Shown one piece after another: positions 39,191 through 48,034 of a stretch of DNA of 64,000 nt; positions within the stretch are counted from its first letter, which is position 1; each line of letters starts with the position of its first letter. The stretch spans positions 19,054 through 83,053 of the forward strand of contig CAVYAE010000071.1 in the NCBI GenBank assembly GCA_963766305.1. Direction: 5' to 3'. A program made the translations under genes and the position numbers. The notes beneath the pieces are model-generated. The model did no database searches. It saw only the letters and a list, made by a program, of their open reading frames with translations, and was not told the origin of the DNA. The DNA is from an uncultured Bacteroidota bacterium (lineage in GTDB: Bacteria > Bacteroidota > Bacteroidia > Bacteroidales > JAAUTT01).

Positions 39191-39471
39191 AAGTTAATAA
39201 TGGTGATTAATTGTTGGTATTGGTGAAGATGATGTTACCTATTTTAATATAATTGTAAGTTTAATGATTGTATTAATAGCACTTCCCCTATTAAAAAATT
39301 CGGTAATTAATAAAATATATTATTAAAATATTAATTAATAAGCAATTAGTATTAATTTATTTTTACATGCTAATAGTTACTTTCATTGAACTGGAAGTAT
39401 TTGGAGTACAATTGATATTCAGAGTTCCTTATTACTATTAAAAATGTACTAATATTTGTACTACTTGCTTT

Positions 39472-39515
39472 TGGTAAAATACAAAAGCCTGCTAATTTGA
39501 ATGTTAACAGGCTTT
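39472..39515 (-). terminator. rho-independent terminator downstream of tRNA-Arg
   Basis: aaagcctg / caggcttt stem (39484-39491 / 39508-39515) followed on the minus strand by ttttgtatttt. Confidence 0.5.
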
Positions 39516-39529
39516 AAGTACACTTTCAG

Positions 39530-39601
39530 TAGTCCCACCGGGAATCGAACCTGGATTTACAGTTTAGGAAACTGTCGTTCTATCCGTTGAACTATGGAAC
39601 C
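39530..39601 (-). tRNA. tRNA-Arg (CCU)
   Basis: Hand fold: acceptor GGTTCCA/TGGGACT (two G-U pairs), D arm GTTC-AACGGATA-GAAC, anticodon stem ACAGT/ACTGT with loop TTCCTAA, T arm CCAGG-TTCGATT-CCCGG (one A-C mismatch). Confidence 0.75.
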
Positions 39602-39659
39602 ATTTTATTCTGCAAATATAATTGTTTTGGGTTAATTATTATAAATTTCACCCTATCCC

Positions 39660-39851
39660 GCTTTTATACTTTCCTATTTTCCTACTTTACTGCTTTCTTA
39701 CTTTCCTGCTTTCCTACTTTCCTACTTTACTGCTTTCCTGCTTTCCTATTTTCCTGTTTTCATACTTTCCTGCTTTTATACTTTCCTGCTTTTATACTTT
39801 CCTGGTTTCCTTCTTTCCTTCTTTCCTAATTTTCTGCTTTAATACTTTAAT
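39660..39851 (+). repeat. 24 in-phase copies of a degenerate 8-bp pyrimidine-rich unit (consensus RCTTTCCT)
   Basis: Sequence partitions without phase slip into gcttttat actttcct attttcct actttact gctttctt actttcct gctttcct ... actttaat. Confidence 0.85.
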
Positions 39852-39936
39852 AAACCTTTTTTATATAATAATCAAATTTTATTCTTACAATAGATCGATT
39901 TAAGTATTTTTGCCAAAAATTAAAGCAAAATATTAA

Positions 39937-40506
39937 ATGGCAACTACAGCAGATTTAAAAAAGGGGTTATTTATGGAATTTAACAATGACATTTTTGTTG
40001 TTGTAGATTTTCAGCATGTTAAACCAGGTAAAGGTCCGGCATTTGTAAGAACAAAACTTAAGAGTTTAACTAACGGGAGGGTTATAGACAATACATTTAA
40101 TTCAGGTGTAAAATTGGATGTAGCCAACGTAGAAAGGCGTCCTTACCAGTTTTTGTATAAGGATGAGGCCGGATATAATTTCATGCACCAGGAGACTTTT
40201 GAACAGCTTTCCATGAGTGAGGAATTAATAAATGCTCCTAAGTTGCTAAAGGAAGGGCAGTATGTTGAAGTTATGTATCATGTTGACACAGATACTCCAA
40301 TGTCATGTGAGCTTCCTCCAATAGTTGATTTACTGGTTACCTATTCCGAACCGGGGGCCCGGGGCGACACAGCCTCCTCGAATGTTACCAAGCCTGCTAC
40401 ACTGGAAACAGGTGTTGTACTTCAGGTACCCCTGTTCATCAACGAGGGTGATAAAATAAGGGTAGACACAAGGGATATGTCTTATTATGAAAGATCAAAA
40501 GATTAA
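39937..40506 (+). CDS. efp: elongation factor P
   Basis: 189 aa; VKPGKGPAFVRTKLKSL and three-domain length typical of EF-P. Confidence 0.9.
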   Translation: MATTADLKKGLFMEFNNDIFVVVDFQHVKPGKGPAFVRTKLKSLTNGRVIDNTFNSGVKLDVANVERRPYQFLYKDEAGYNFMHQETFEQLSMSEELINAPKLLKEGQYVEVMYHVDTDTPMSCELPPIVDLLVTYSEPGARGDTASSNVTKPATLETGVVLQVPLFINEGDKIRVDTRDMSYYERSKD

Positions 40507-40551
40507 ATATATTTTGTACCTTTAATCGTGTTTCTTTTAATATAACACGTA

Positions 40552-41784
40552 ATGACTGAAAAAGCTTCGATTAAGAGAATACAAGTATTTAATTTTAAAT
40601 TAAATGCTTTACTGGAGATAACACAGGCTATAAATGCCAACCTGTCGGTTGGCGATTTACTTTTCCGATACCAGAAAATACTTCACGAAAATCTTAATAT
40701 TGGAAAAATACTAATATATAAATACCAGAACGGAGTTTGGGATTGTCTTCTGAATACCCCGGCATATGAAACTTCCTATAAAACCATTAACGTTGAAGAA
40801 CAGCTTCTGCCTTTTACGGATATAAGGTTTATCTCTAATGCACCAAACTCATCGTTAAGCTCTTATGATATAGTTATTCCTGTTTACAATAATAATTTAC
40901 CTATAGCTTATGTGCTGATAGGGGATATTGATGAAGAGATGGAAGGAATAAGCCCCGTAATAAAACATCTTAATTTTATCCAAACCATTTCGAATATAAT
41001 AATTGTTGCCATTGAAAACATAAGACTGGTTAAAGACAGTCTGCGTCAGGAAGCTTTAAAGAAAGAGCTTGAGCTTGCCTCGAAAATGCAGAGTATGTTA
41101 ATACCCAAGAAAAGTCTGTTACCAAAAACAGAACATGTAGCAGTAAATTCGTTTTATCATCCGCATTTTGAGGTAGGTGGCGACTATTTTGATTTTATAC
41201 CGATGGAAGACAGTGAATTTGGATTCTGTATTGCCGATGTTTCAGGAAAAGGGATGTCAGCTGCAATATTGATGTCTAATTTTCAGGCCACACTGCGTGC
41301 TCTTTTTACAAAGGAAATACCACTTAACATTCTTGTGGAAAAACTTAACGACAGGGTTATGTCAAATGCAAACGGAGAAAAATTTATAACCATGTTTGTA
41401 GGTCGTATAAATTTAAAAAACAAAGAATTGGAATATATAAATGCAGGTCATAACCCCCCTTTGCTATATGAACTGGAATCTAAAAAGCTTTCCTTTTTGC
41501 AGAATGGTTGTGTGGGATTGGGTATGCTCGATCATATACCCTGCATACTAAGAGGTTATTATAAGTTTACATGCAATACCAAGTTGCTGTGTTATACTGA
41601 TGGCCTGGTTGAACTGCTTGAAGGTGAAGATATATCCTTAGCAACTACCAACCTTGAAGCTCAGCTGTGCAACGACAATTTACTTGAAGATAACATAAAG
41701 GAAATAATAAGGGATTTATTCATTGAGGAAGGTAATATTTCTATTTTTGACGATGTTACCATGCTTGGAATACAGGTTTACTGA
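40552..41784 (+). CDS. GAF-domain PP2C/SpoIIE-family serine phosphatase
   Basis: ELELASKMQSMLIPK, GGDYFDFIP, CIADVSGKGMSAAILM, TDGLVE. Confidence 0.75.
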   Translation: MTEKASIKRIQVFNFKLNALLEITQAINANLSVGDLLFRYQKILHENLNIGKILIYKYQNGVWDCLLNTPAYETSYKTINVEEQLLPFTDIRFISNAPNSSLSSYDIVIPVYNNNLPIAYVLIGDIDEEMEGISPVIKHLNFIQTISNIIIVAIENIRLVKDSLRQEALKKELELASKMQSMLIPKKSLLPKTEHVAVNSFYHPHFEVGGDYFDFIPMEDSEFGFCIADVSGKGMSAAILMSNFQATLRALFTKEIPLNILVEKLNDRVMSNANGEKFITMFVGRINLKNKELEYINAGHNPPLLYELESKKLSFLQNGCVGLGMLDHIPCILRGYYKFTCNTKLLCYTDGLVELLEGEDISLATTNLEAQLCNDNLLEDNIKEIIRDLFIEEGNISIFDDVTMLGIQVY

Positions 41785-41844
41785 CCCTCAACATCGCCCC
41801 ATATAACATATAATAAAAACCACATAGCTTTATAAGAATACAGG

Positions 41845-43308
41845 TCAGGCTTTTCCGGTTAATTCTTTTTCCTTACGGCGCACCTGATAAACATCTATTG
41901 CTACAATCATTGCGGTGTATCCCCAGAACAAGGATGAAAGCTTATCAGTATCAAGGAAATTGTTGACAATGGCATGGAAAAAATAAGTCACCAGTCCCAG
42001 AACAGCGCATACCAACCATAACCTTGTCTGCTTCTGATTGGCCAGTTTAGGATAAAGACGTATTCCGGAATATAAGGTCACAATTAAAAGCAAAATAAAA
42101 GTAAGACTTCCCAGGATACCCGAATCGGCCAGCGATTCAATATAATCGCTGTGGGCGTTGCCTTTGTCTCCCATGTTGGTGCTTATTATAGTCTTATCGT
42201 ATGACATCTGAAAAGGAGCATATTTGAACATATAGGTATTTGGCCCCCATCCAAAAATGGGTCTCTCCCTGAACATCTTAAAAGCACTGTTCCACCTGTT
42301 AAGACGTTCGGTATTGGAAGCATCCGTTTCAATATTGGATATCGATTGAACATGTTTTGAAAAATCCTTTGACGAATCAACATTGTTTTGTTCCAGAGAA
42401 AGATATAAATCTGTCCTGTACTGAAAAAATAAAGCTAGCCCTACTACAGCAAGGACCAGAACTGTTCTTAATTTTATCCTTATAACAATTAATATTAATA
42501 CTACGGCAGCAACCAAAATACTTACCCATGCTGCCCTGCAATAAGAAATTACCAATGCGAAAATTATTATTCCAAATATTACCAAAGCCATGGCACGGAT
42601 AATAATTCTGAATTTGGGATAAATAATAAAACCTACGGTAAAAGGCAGCAACATGGCCAAGGCTGCTCCCAGAGCCGTGTGATCGTTATAAAACGGATTT
42701 GGTGCCAGATTGGCTGCATGCTGATTAAACAGACCTACCTTAGATAAATTATACACCACATAAACGATTACAACCATTAAAAGCGGTATATATGCCCAAT
42801 AAAATTTCCTTATAGCCTTCTTTTTTTTAAATATTTGAGTAGCAAGGAAATAAAATGTTGTTATAAACCATATTCTTGAAAGTAAAAACTTAAATGAAAC
42901 GACAGGTATTGTACTTGTAAGGCAGGTTATAAATATCCAGGCCAGATTTATATATATAGCAATACTTATTGGGTGCAATAATACCTTTCTGTCAAATTTC
43001 CTTTCAAGTATTAATTTAAACAACAATACTGTAAAAATTAAGACCAGGATTGGATCAGTAGGTAACTGGACATTAAACCCAAGATCGGGCATAAATTTCT
43101 CAAGGGGAACAGATATGGGAACAAAGAATACAAGGATATAAAACAATGTATCCATTGATAAAAAAGCGAGATAAACTATATAAAGAAATGCCGGTAATGC
43201 CAGCAGATAATATTTTTCGTCAACCATCAAACGGGCATTTATTAATATAAAAACAAGAGTTATTATAAATGCCCAGAAATTCTGGCTAAATTTTGGCAAA
43301 AACTTCAT
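41845..43308 (-). CDS. O-antigen ligase/polymerase family (Wzy_C) membrane protein
   Basis: About 12 TM helices with a large loop; NAHSDYIESLADSGILG motif. Confidence 0.7.
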   Translation of the reverse strand: MKFLPKFSQNFWAFIITLVFILINARLMVDEKYYLLALPAFLYIVYLAFLSMDTLFYILVFFVPISVPLEKFMPDLGFNVQLPTDPILVLIFTVLLFKLILERKFDRKVLLHPISIAIYINLAWIFITCLTSTIPVVSFKFLLSRIWFITTFYFLATQIFKKKKAIRKFYWAYIPLLMVVIVYVVYNLSKVGLFNQHAANLAPNPFYNDHTALGAALAMLLPFTVGFIIYPKFRIIIRAMALVIFGIIIFALVISYCRAAWVSILVAAVVLILIVIRIKLRTVLVLAVVGLALFFQYRTDLYLSLEQNNVDSSKDFSKHVQSISNIETDASNTERLNRWNSAFKMFRERPIFGWGPNTYMFKYAPFQMSYDKTIISTNMGDKGNAHSDYIESLADSGILGSLTFILLLIVTLYSGIRLYPKLANQKQTRLWLVCAVLGLVTYFFHAIVNNFLDTDKLSSLFWGYTAMIVAIDVYQVRRKEKELTGKA

Positions 43309-44315
43309 CCTTCTTTATTATAATTTATTCTATCCTGAACAGACATTATCAGTAAAGTAAAAAATAAAGCAGCAAATGTTGAAATCAACACTATGAGCAA
43401 ACGTTTGGGAGAGGCTTTCTTATCTGCGGGGTAGGCTTTATCTACAACAAATTTCTGTGGCATATTATGTTCCAGTTCAGCTTTTGCTTCAATATACGGC
43501 TCTTTTAATTCCCTCAGTTTTTGTGTTTCAATACTCAGGAGATTATTTAGTTTATTATACACCACTTCATATTTTGAAATAAGCTTCAGCTTATTTTCCA
43601 GGGTTCTTATGCCTGAAGTTTTCCCATCGGCTAAAGCTTTTGCATAAGCTTTATGATATGCAAAAGCATTTCCGTCAAAACCTACTACTCCTATTTTGTT
43701 TATATAATTGATGGAATCTTCCAAAACCGTCATCCTGTTTTGAATATCGGTATATTGTTTTTGTATTAAATTAAAGGTACTCACTGCCCTGTCATGTTTT
43801 ACCCGGTTATAAACTGTATCTACCAGGCTGGATATCTCGTTAGCCATCATCGCTGCAGTATCGGGCTGATGATCCAGAACCGTAATAACTACCGACATAT
43901 ATTCAGTTCTGTGATATGAAATGTTGTCTTCGTAAATATCATTCAATTCCGATCTCCATGTACGAGCCGTAGTATCAACCCTGTAACGTTTGGCCAGGTG
44001 AAAATCCCTGATTATCTGTCCTCGTATTTCAGAAGATTCAAGTATTTGCATCAGCTGCTCACCTTCTTCCTGACCTCCGAACCTTAGTAAATCTTCTTTG
44101 GCTGTTATAGTGTTAAATATTGTTTTGGAAACAGATAAAGATGAAGCAGGAAATAAAACTACTGTGGACTTAAACTTTGGTTTAATCATATAAGATACTG
44201 CTGCGGAAACTATTATAGCAATTATTCCTATCCATATCAGTGGTTTTCTTTTCATCCATATATAGCTAACCAGGTTAACTGATTCAAACGTGAAGCGATT
44301 TTTTTGCTTACCCAT
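43305..44315 (-). CDS. Wzz/chain-length-determinant-like polysaccharide biosynthesis protein
   Basis: N- and C-terminal TM helices flanking a coiled soluble domain; 4-nt overlap with downstream ligase gene. Confidence 0.6.
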   Translation of the reverse strand: MGKQKNRFTFESVNLVSYIWMKRKPLIWIGIIAIIVSAAVSYMIKPKFKSTVVLFPASSLSVSKTIFNTITAKEDLLRFGGQEEGEQLMQILESSEIRGQIIRDFHLAKRYRVDTTARTWRSELNDIYEDNISYHRTEYMSVVITVLDHQPDTAAMMANEISSLVDTVYNRVKHDRAVSTFNLIQKQYTDIQNRMTVLEDSINYINKIGVVGFDGNAFAYHKAYAKALADGKTSGIRTLENKLKLISKYEVVYNKLNNLLSIETQKLRELKEPYIEAKAELEHNMPQKFVVDKAYPADKKASPKRLLIVLISTFAALFFTLLIMSVQDRINYNKEG

Positions 44316-44360
44316 ATTAAATTATAGATTTAAGTATTTAAATTTCAAAGATTATTTCTT

Positions 44361-45644
44361 TTATATCACTTTTACAAGGTAATAGTTTTTTTTACCTCTC
44401 TGAACAAGAATATATTTATTGTTAAGCAGAAATGAGGCATCTAATTTTATCTCCTGACTTTCGATTTTAGATTTATTAATGCTTACCCCTCCCGACTGAA
44501 GAGTTTTTCTGGCTTCTCCTTTACTTGGAAATATTCCTGTGTCGGCTAAAAAAGTAACTATATCAATTCCTTGTTTCAGGTTACTCAGGTTATATCCGAA
44601 GGCAGGCACTCCTTCAAAGACCTGCAGCAGCTGTTCTTCATTTAAACTTATCAGTACTTCCCTGGTAGCATTGCCAAAAAGAATTTCAGAGGTTTTTTTG
44701 GCAAACTCATACTCATGAACCCCGTGTACAAAACAGGTTACTTCCTTCGCAAGCTGCTGCTGCAGTAATCGTAAGTGTGGTAACTTCTTATGTTCATCTA
44801 TTAATTTTTCTATCTCTTCTTCACCAAGAAGTGTAAATATTTTAATCCACTGATATGCATCATCATCTGAAGCATTTAACCAAAACTGGTAAAACTGATA
44901 TGGCGAAGTCTTTGCCGGATCGAGCCATACATTACCCTTCTCCGTTTTTCCGAATTTACCTCCATCCGTCTTTTTTACAAGAGGACAGGTAAATGCATAG
45001 GCTTCCCCTCCGCTTATCCGTCGTATGAGCTCAGTACCTGTAACAATATTTCCCCACTGATCACTGCCTCCGACCTGCATTTTGCAGTTCATGTTTGAGT
45101 ATAACCAGTAAAAGTCATAACCTTGTATAAGCTGGTATGTAAATTCCGTAAAACTTATTCCATTTTCGCTTTCGAGCCTTTTCCTGACACTTTCCTTGCT
45201 CATCATGTAATTGACGCTTATGTTCTTTCCGATATCGCGAATGAAATCCAGGAAGTTCATATTGCGGAACCAGTCGTAATTATTTGTAAGCACTGCGGCA
45301 TTGGGTAGCGATGGATTAAAGTCCAGGAATTTTTCCAGTTGTTTTTTAATACAGCTTACATTGTAATTTAAGACATCTTCATTCAGCAGGTTTCTTTCTT
45401 CACTTTTACCGGAAGGATCCCCTACCATTCCCGTGGCTCCGCCCACCAGGGCAACGGGCTTATGGCCCGCGGCCTGCAAATGGACCAACAGGAGTATGGG
45501 CACTAAACTTCCAATATGCAGACTATCCGATGTTGGGTCAAAACCAATATAAAGAGTCGTCATTTCTTTATTTAACTGCTCCTCCGTACCCGGCATGATA
45601 TCCTGTACCATACCTCTCCATTTCAACTGATCAATAACTTTCAC
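44361..45644 (-). CDS. tyrS: tyrosine--tRNA ligase
   Basis: HIGS (HIGH) and KFGKT (KMSKS) class-I motifs, C-terminal S4-like domain. Confidence 0.9.
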   Translation of the reverse strand: MKVIDQLKWRGMVQDIMPGTEEQLNKEMTTLYIGFDPTSDSLHIGSLVPILLLVHLQAAGHKPVALVGGATGMVGDPSGKSEERNLLNEDVLNYNVSCIKKQLEKFLDFNPSLPNAAVLTNNYDWFRNMNFLDFIRDIGKNISVNYMMSKESVRKRLESENGISFTEFTYQLIQGYDFYWLYSNMNCKMQVGGSDQWGNIVTGTELIRRISGGEAYAFTCPLVKKTDGGKFGKTEKGNVWLDPAKTSPYQFYQFWLNASDDDAYQWIKIFTLLGEEEIEKLIDEHKKLPHLRLLQQQLAKEVTCFVHGVHEYEFAKKTSEILFGNATREVLISLNEEQLLQVFEGVPAFGYNLSNLKQGIDIVTFLADTGIFPSKGEARKTLQSGGVSINKSKIESQEIKLDASFLLNNKYILVQRGKKNYYLVKVI

Positions 45645-45691
45645 TTTACTACTTTACAGCTTTATAACTAATTTTGCGCCAAATATAAATA

Positions 45692-46207
45692 TTATCTTGT
45701 TCCTTTTATCAAACCGTTTTTTATTTCTTCCAGATGTATATGGGGAAAAATGGCAGGAGCAATTTTCTGAACAGGTTTATATAAATAGGATTTATCTGTG
45801 TCGTTATATGTTAAAAAGTTGCGTCTTGGATCCAGTTTCTCAAGAATTAATATGATTATACTTAAAATAAAAGCCATTTTTAATATCCCGAATAATATAC
45901 CGGCTATGCGGTTCATTTGACCTAAAACAGATTTATGAACTATGGCAGTAATCAGTAAGCCAATAAAATGTATAATTATAAGAATAAGAATAAAAATGAT
46001 TAAGAATGAAATGGCCGGAACCAACCTTCCGTTTAAAGAATAATGTGTTGACAGATAATGGTTAACCAGATATGAAAAATGTATTCCGCCCCACACTCCC
46101 AGTAACAAAGCCACCAGGGTCAGGCATTGATTAAGAAAGCCTTTGATAAAACCATTTATAGCTCCCCAAAGTAAAACCACAATTATAATAATATCTATTT
46201 TGTTCAT
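45692..46207 (-). CDS. cvpA: CvpA-family membrane protein
   Basis: MNKIDIIIIVVLLWGAINGFIKGF start typical of CvpA; ATG 46207 avoids overlap with xth. Confidence 0.7.
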   Translation of the reverse strand: MNKIDIIIIVVLLWGAINGFIKGFLNQCLTLVALLLGVWGGIHFSYLVNHYLSTHYSLNGRLVPAISFLIIFILILIIIHFIGLLITAIVHKSVLGQMNRIAGILFGILKMAFILSIIILILEKLDPRRNFLTYNDTDKSYLYKPVQKIAPAIFPHIHLEEIKNGLIKGTR

Positions 46208-46214
46208 ATAAAGG

Positions 46215-46985
46215 TTAAAATTCGATTTCCACAACTACCGGACAATGGTCCGAATGTATTACATCCTGAAGGATAGAGGCCGAGCGTAACCTGCCGGATA
46301 ATTCATTTGACACAAAATGATAATCTATCCTCCATCCCAGGTTTTTGGCTCTGGCCTGTGCCCTGTATGTCCACCATGAATACTGTTGTGGCTGATTATT
46401 AAAAACTCTGAAGGAATCAACAAATCCCGAGGAAAGGAACTGATCAACCCATTCCCGTTCCTCAGGTAAAAATCCTGATGAATTCTGATGTTTGGAAGGA
46501 TAATTAATATCAATATCCTTATGGGCGATATTCATATCTCCTGAAATAATAAGGTTGGGCCTTTCTTTTTTAAGTTCATTGATATAAGCCGTAAAAGACC
46601 GGAGAAAATCCATTTTAAAAGTCTGCCTTATGTCTCCTGTTGTGCCTGAGGGAAAATATGCAGTTATATGGGTAATATCGCCAAAGTCGCTGCGTATTGT
46701 TCTTCCTTCACTATCAAATTCCCTGATACCAAATCCATACTTTACAAGCTCAGGTTTAATTTTTGTAAATAATGCCGTACCGCTGTATCCTTTCTTTTCT
46801 GCAGGGTACCAATAATGCATATACCCTTCTTTTTCAAAATAAGACATGTCGAGCTGATCGGGAGTTGCTTTAATTTCCTGCAGACAAATTATATCACAGC
46901 CGGAGGAGGCAAGCCACCTGTCAAATCCCTTGGTTACCGCTGCCCTTAACCCATTAATATTGTATGAGAATATCTTTGTTATCAT
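46215..46985 (-). CDS. xth: exodeoxyribonuclease III
   Basis: SYNINGLRA, CLQEIK, GDMNIAH, SDHCPV motifs of the EEP/ExoIII family. Confidence 0.85.
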   Translation of the reverse strand: MITKIFSYNINGLRAAVTKGFDRWLASSGCDIICLQEIKATPDQLDMSYFEKEGYMHYWYPAEKKGYSGTALFTKIKPELVKYGFGIREFDSEGRTIRSDFGDITHITAYFPSGTTGDIRQTFKMDFLRSFTAYINELKKERPNLIISGDMNIAHKDIDINYPSKHQNSSGFLPEEREWVDQFLSSGFVDSFRVFNNQPQQYSWWTYRAQARAKNLGWRIDYHFVSNELSGRLRSASILQDVIHSDHCPVVVEIEF

Positions 46986-47037
46986 AAATTTCTTTTGCTA
47001 AAAATAATTATTAATATTGAATCTTTAAATATGTAAA

Positions 47038-47961
47038 TTGAATAAAGGATTAGTATTAAAATCTACCGGCAGCAGTTATTCTGTTAAATCCGAATCAGGG
47101 GAAATAATACACTGCACCATCAAGGGTAAATTAAGAACATCCGGATTTAAAAGTACCAATCCGGTATGTGCAGGAGACTGGGTTATATATGAATTATCGC
47201 CAGATAATTCCGGATTAATAACTGACATAGCCGACAGGAAAAATTACTTAATACGAAAATCAACCAATCTCTCAAAACAATCGAATATTATTGCAGCAAA
47301 TATAGATATTGCTGTTTTAATAATTACCCTTGCCTATCCCGAAACACCACTTGAATTTGCAGACCGTTTTCTTGTTATTGCCGAAGCATACCAGGTTCCT
47401 GTGATTATAGTTATAAATAAGGTTGACCTGTATAAAGATACTCTTAAAGATTTAATATCTTATATTCATGAGATTTATGAACCAATAGGTTATAAAGTTA
47501 TTGAAACATCTGTGGTTACAAATTTAAATATTAATGTTTTATATTCTTATTTACAAAATAAGGTTAGTGTTTTATCCGGTTATTCAGGTGTTGGTAAATC
47601 ATCTTTAATCAATGCCATATGTCCTTCAGTAAAGAGAAAAACCGGCAATATATCCGATTATCATCAAAAAGGGAAACATACCACCACTTTTGCTGAGATG
47701 ATTTCCTTAGATGACGATGGATATATAATTGACACTCCTGGAATTAAAGGTTTTGGAATAATCAATATTGACCGCAGGGAAATATTTCATCATTTTCCCG
47801 AAATATTCAAATTATCTTCTTCCTGTCAATATAATAATTGTCTGCATTTAGAGGAACCAAATTGTGCGGTTAAGAAAGGTGTTGAAAGTAATGTAATAAG
47901 TTACAGCAGATATGCAAGTTATGTTAGTATTATGGAAGATATGAATTCAAAATACAGGTGA
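47038..47961 (+). CDS. rsgA: ribosome small-subunit-dependent GTPase A
   Basis: OB-fold N-terminus, circularly permuted GTPase (NKVDL ... GYSGVGKSSLIN), C-terminal C..C.H.EP.C zinc motif; TTG start as in the track. Confidence 0.85.
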   Translation: MNKGLVLKSTGSSYSVKSESGEIIHCTIKGKLRTSGFKSTNPVCAGDWVIYELSPDNSGLITDIADRKNYLIRKSTNLSKQSNIIAANIDIAVLIITLAYPETPLEFADRFLVIAEAYQVPVIIVINKVDLYKDTLKDLISYIHEIYEPIGYKVIETSVVTNLNINVLYSYLQNKVSVLSGYSGVGKSSLINAICPSVKRKTGNISDYHQKGKHTTTFAEMISLDDDGYIIDTPGIKGFGIINIDRREIFHHFPEIFKLSSSCQYNNCLHLEEPNCAVKKGVESNVISYSRYASYVSIMEDMNSKYR

Positions 47962-48034
47962 AGTTTGATATTATATATAAATCTAGTATATTTATATGGA
48001 CAAGTGATTGTCTTTTAAATAAACCTATCTACTA

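Noticed and set aside
39660-39851. Possible CRISPR array
   Set aside because: The repeat unit is only 8 bp with no spacers, no palindromic repeat core and no cas genes in the window.
39587-39903. ORFs 39587..39829 and 39622..39903 encoding FLLSCFPTFLLYCFPAF-type repeats
   Set aside because: They are a direct consequence of translating the 8-bp tandem repeat (24-nt peptide periodicity). The first begins inside the tRNA-Arg gene, and the two overlap each other in different frames.
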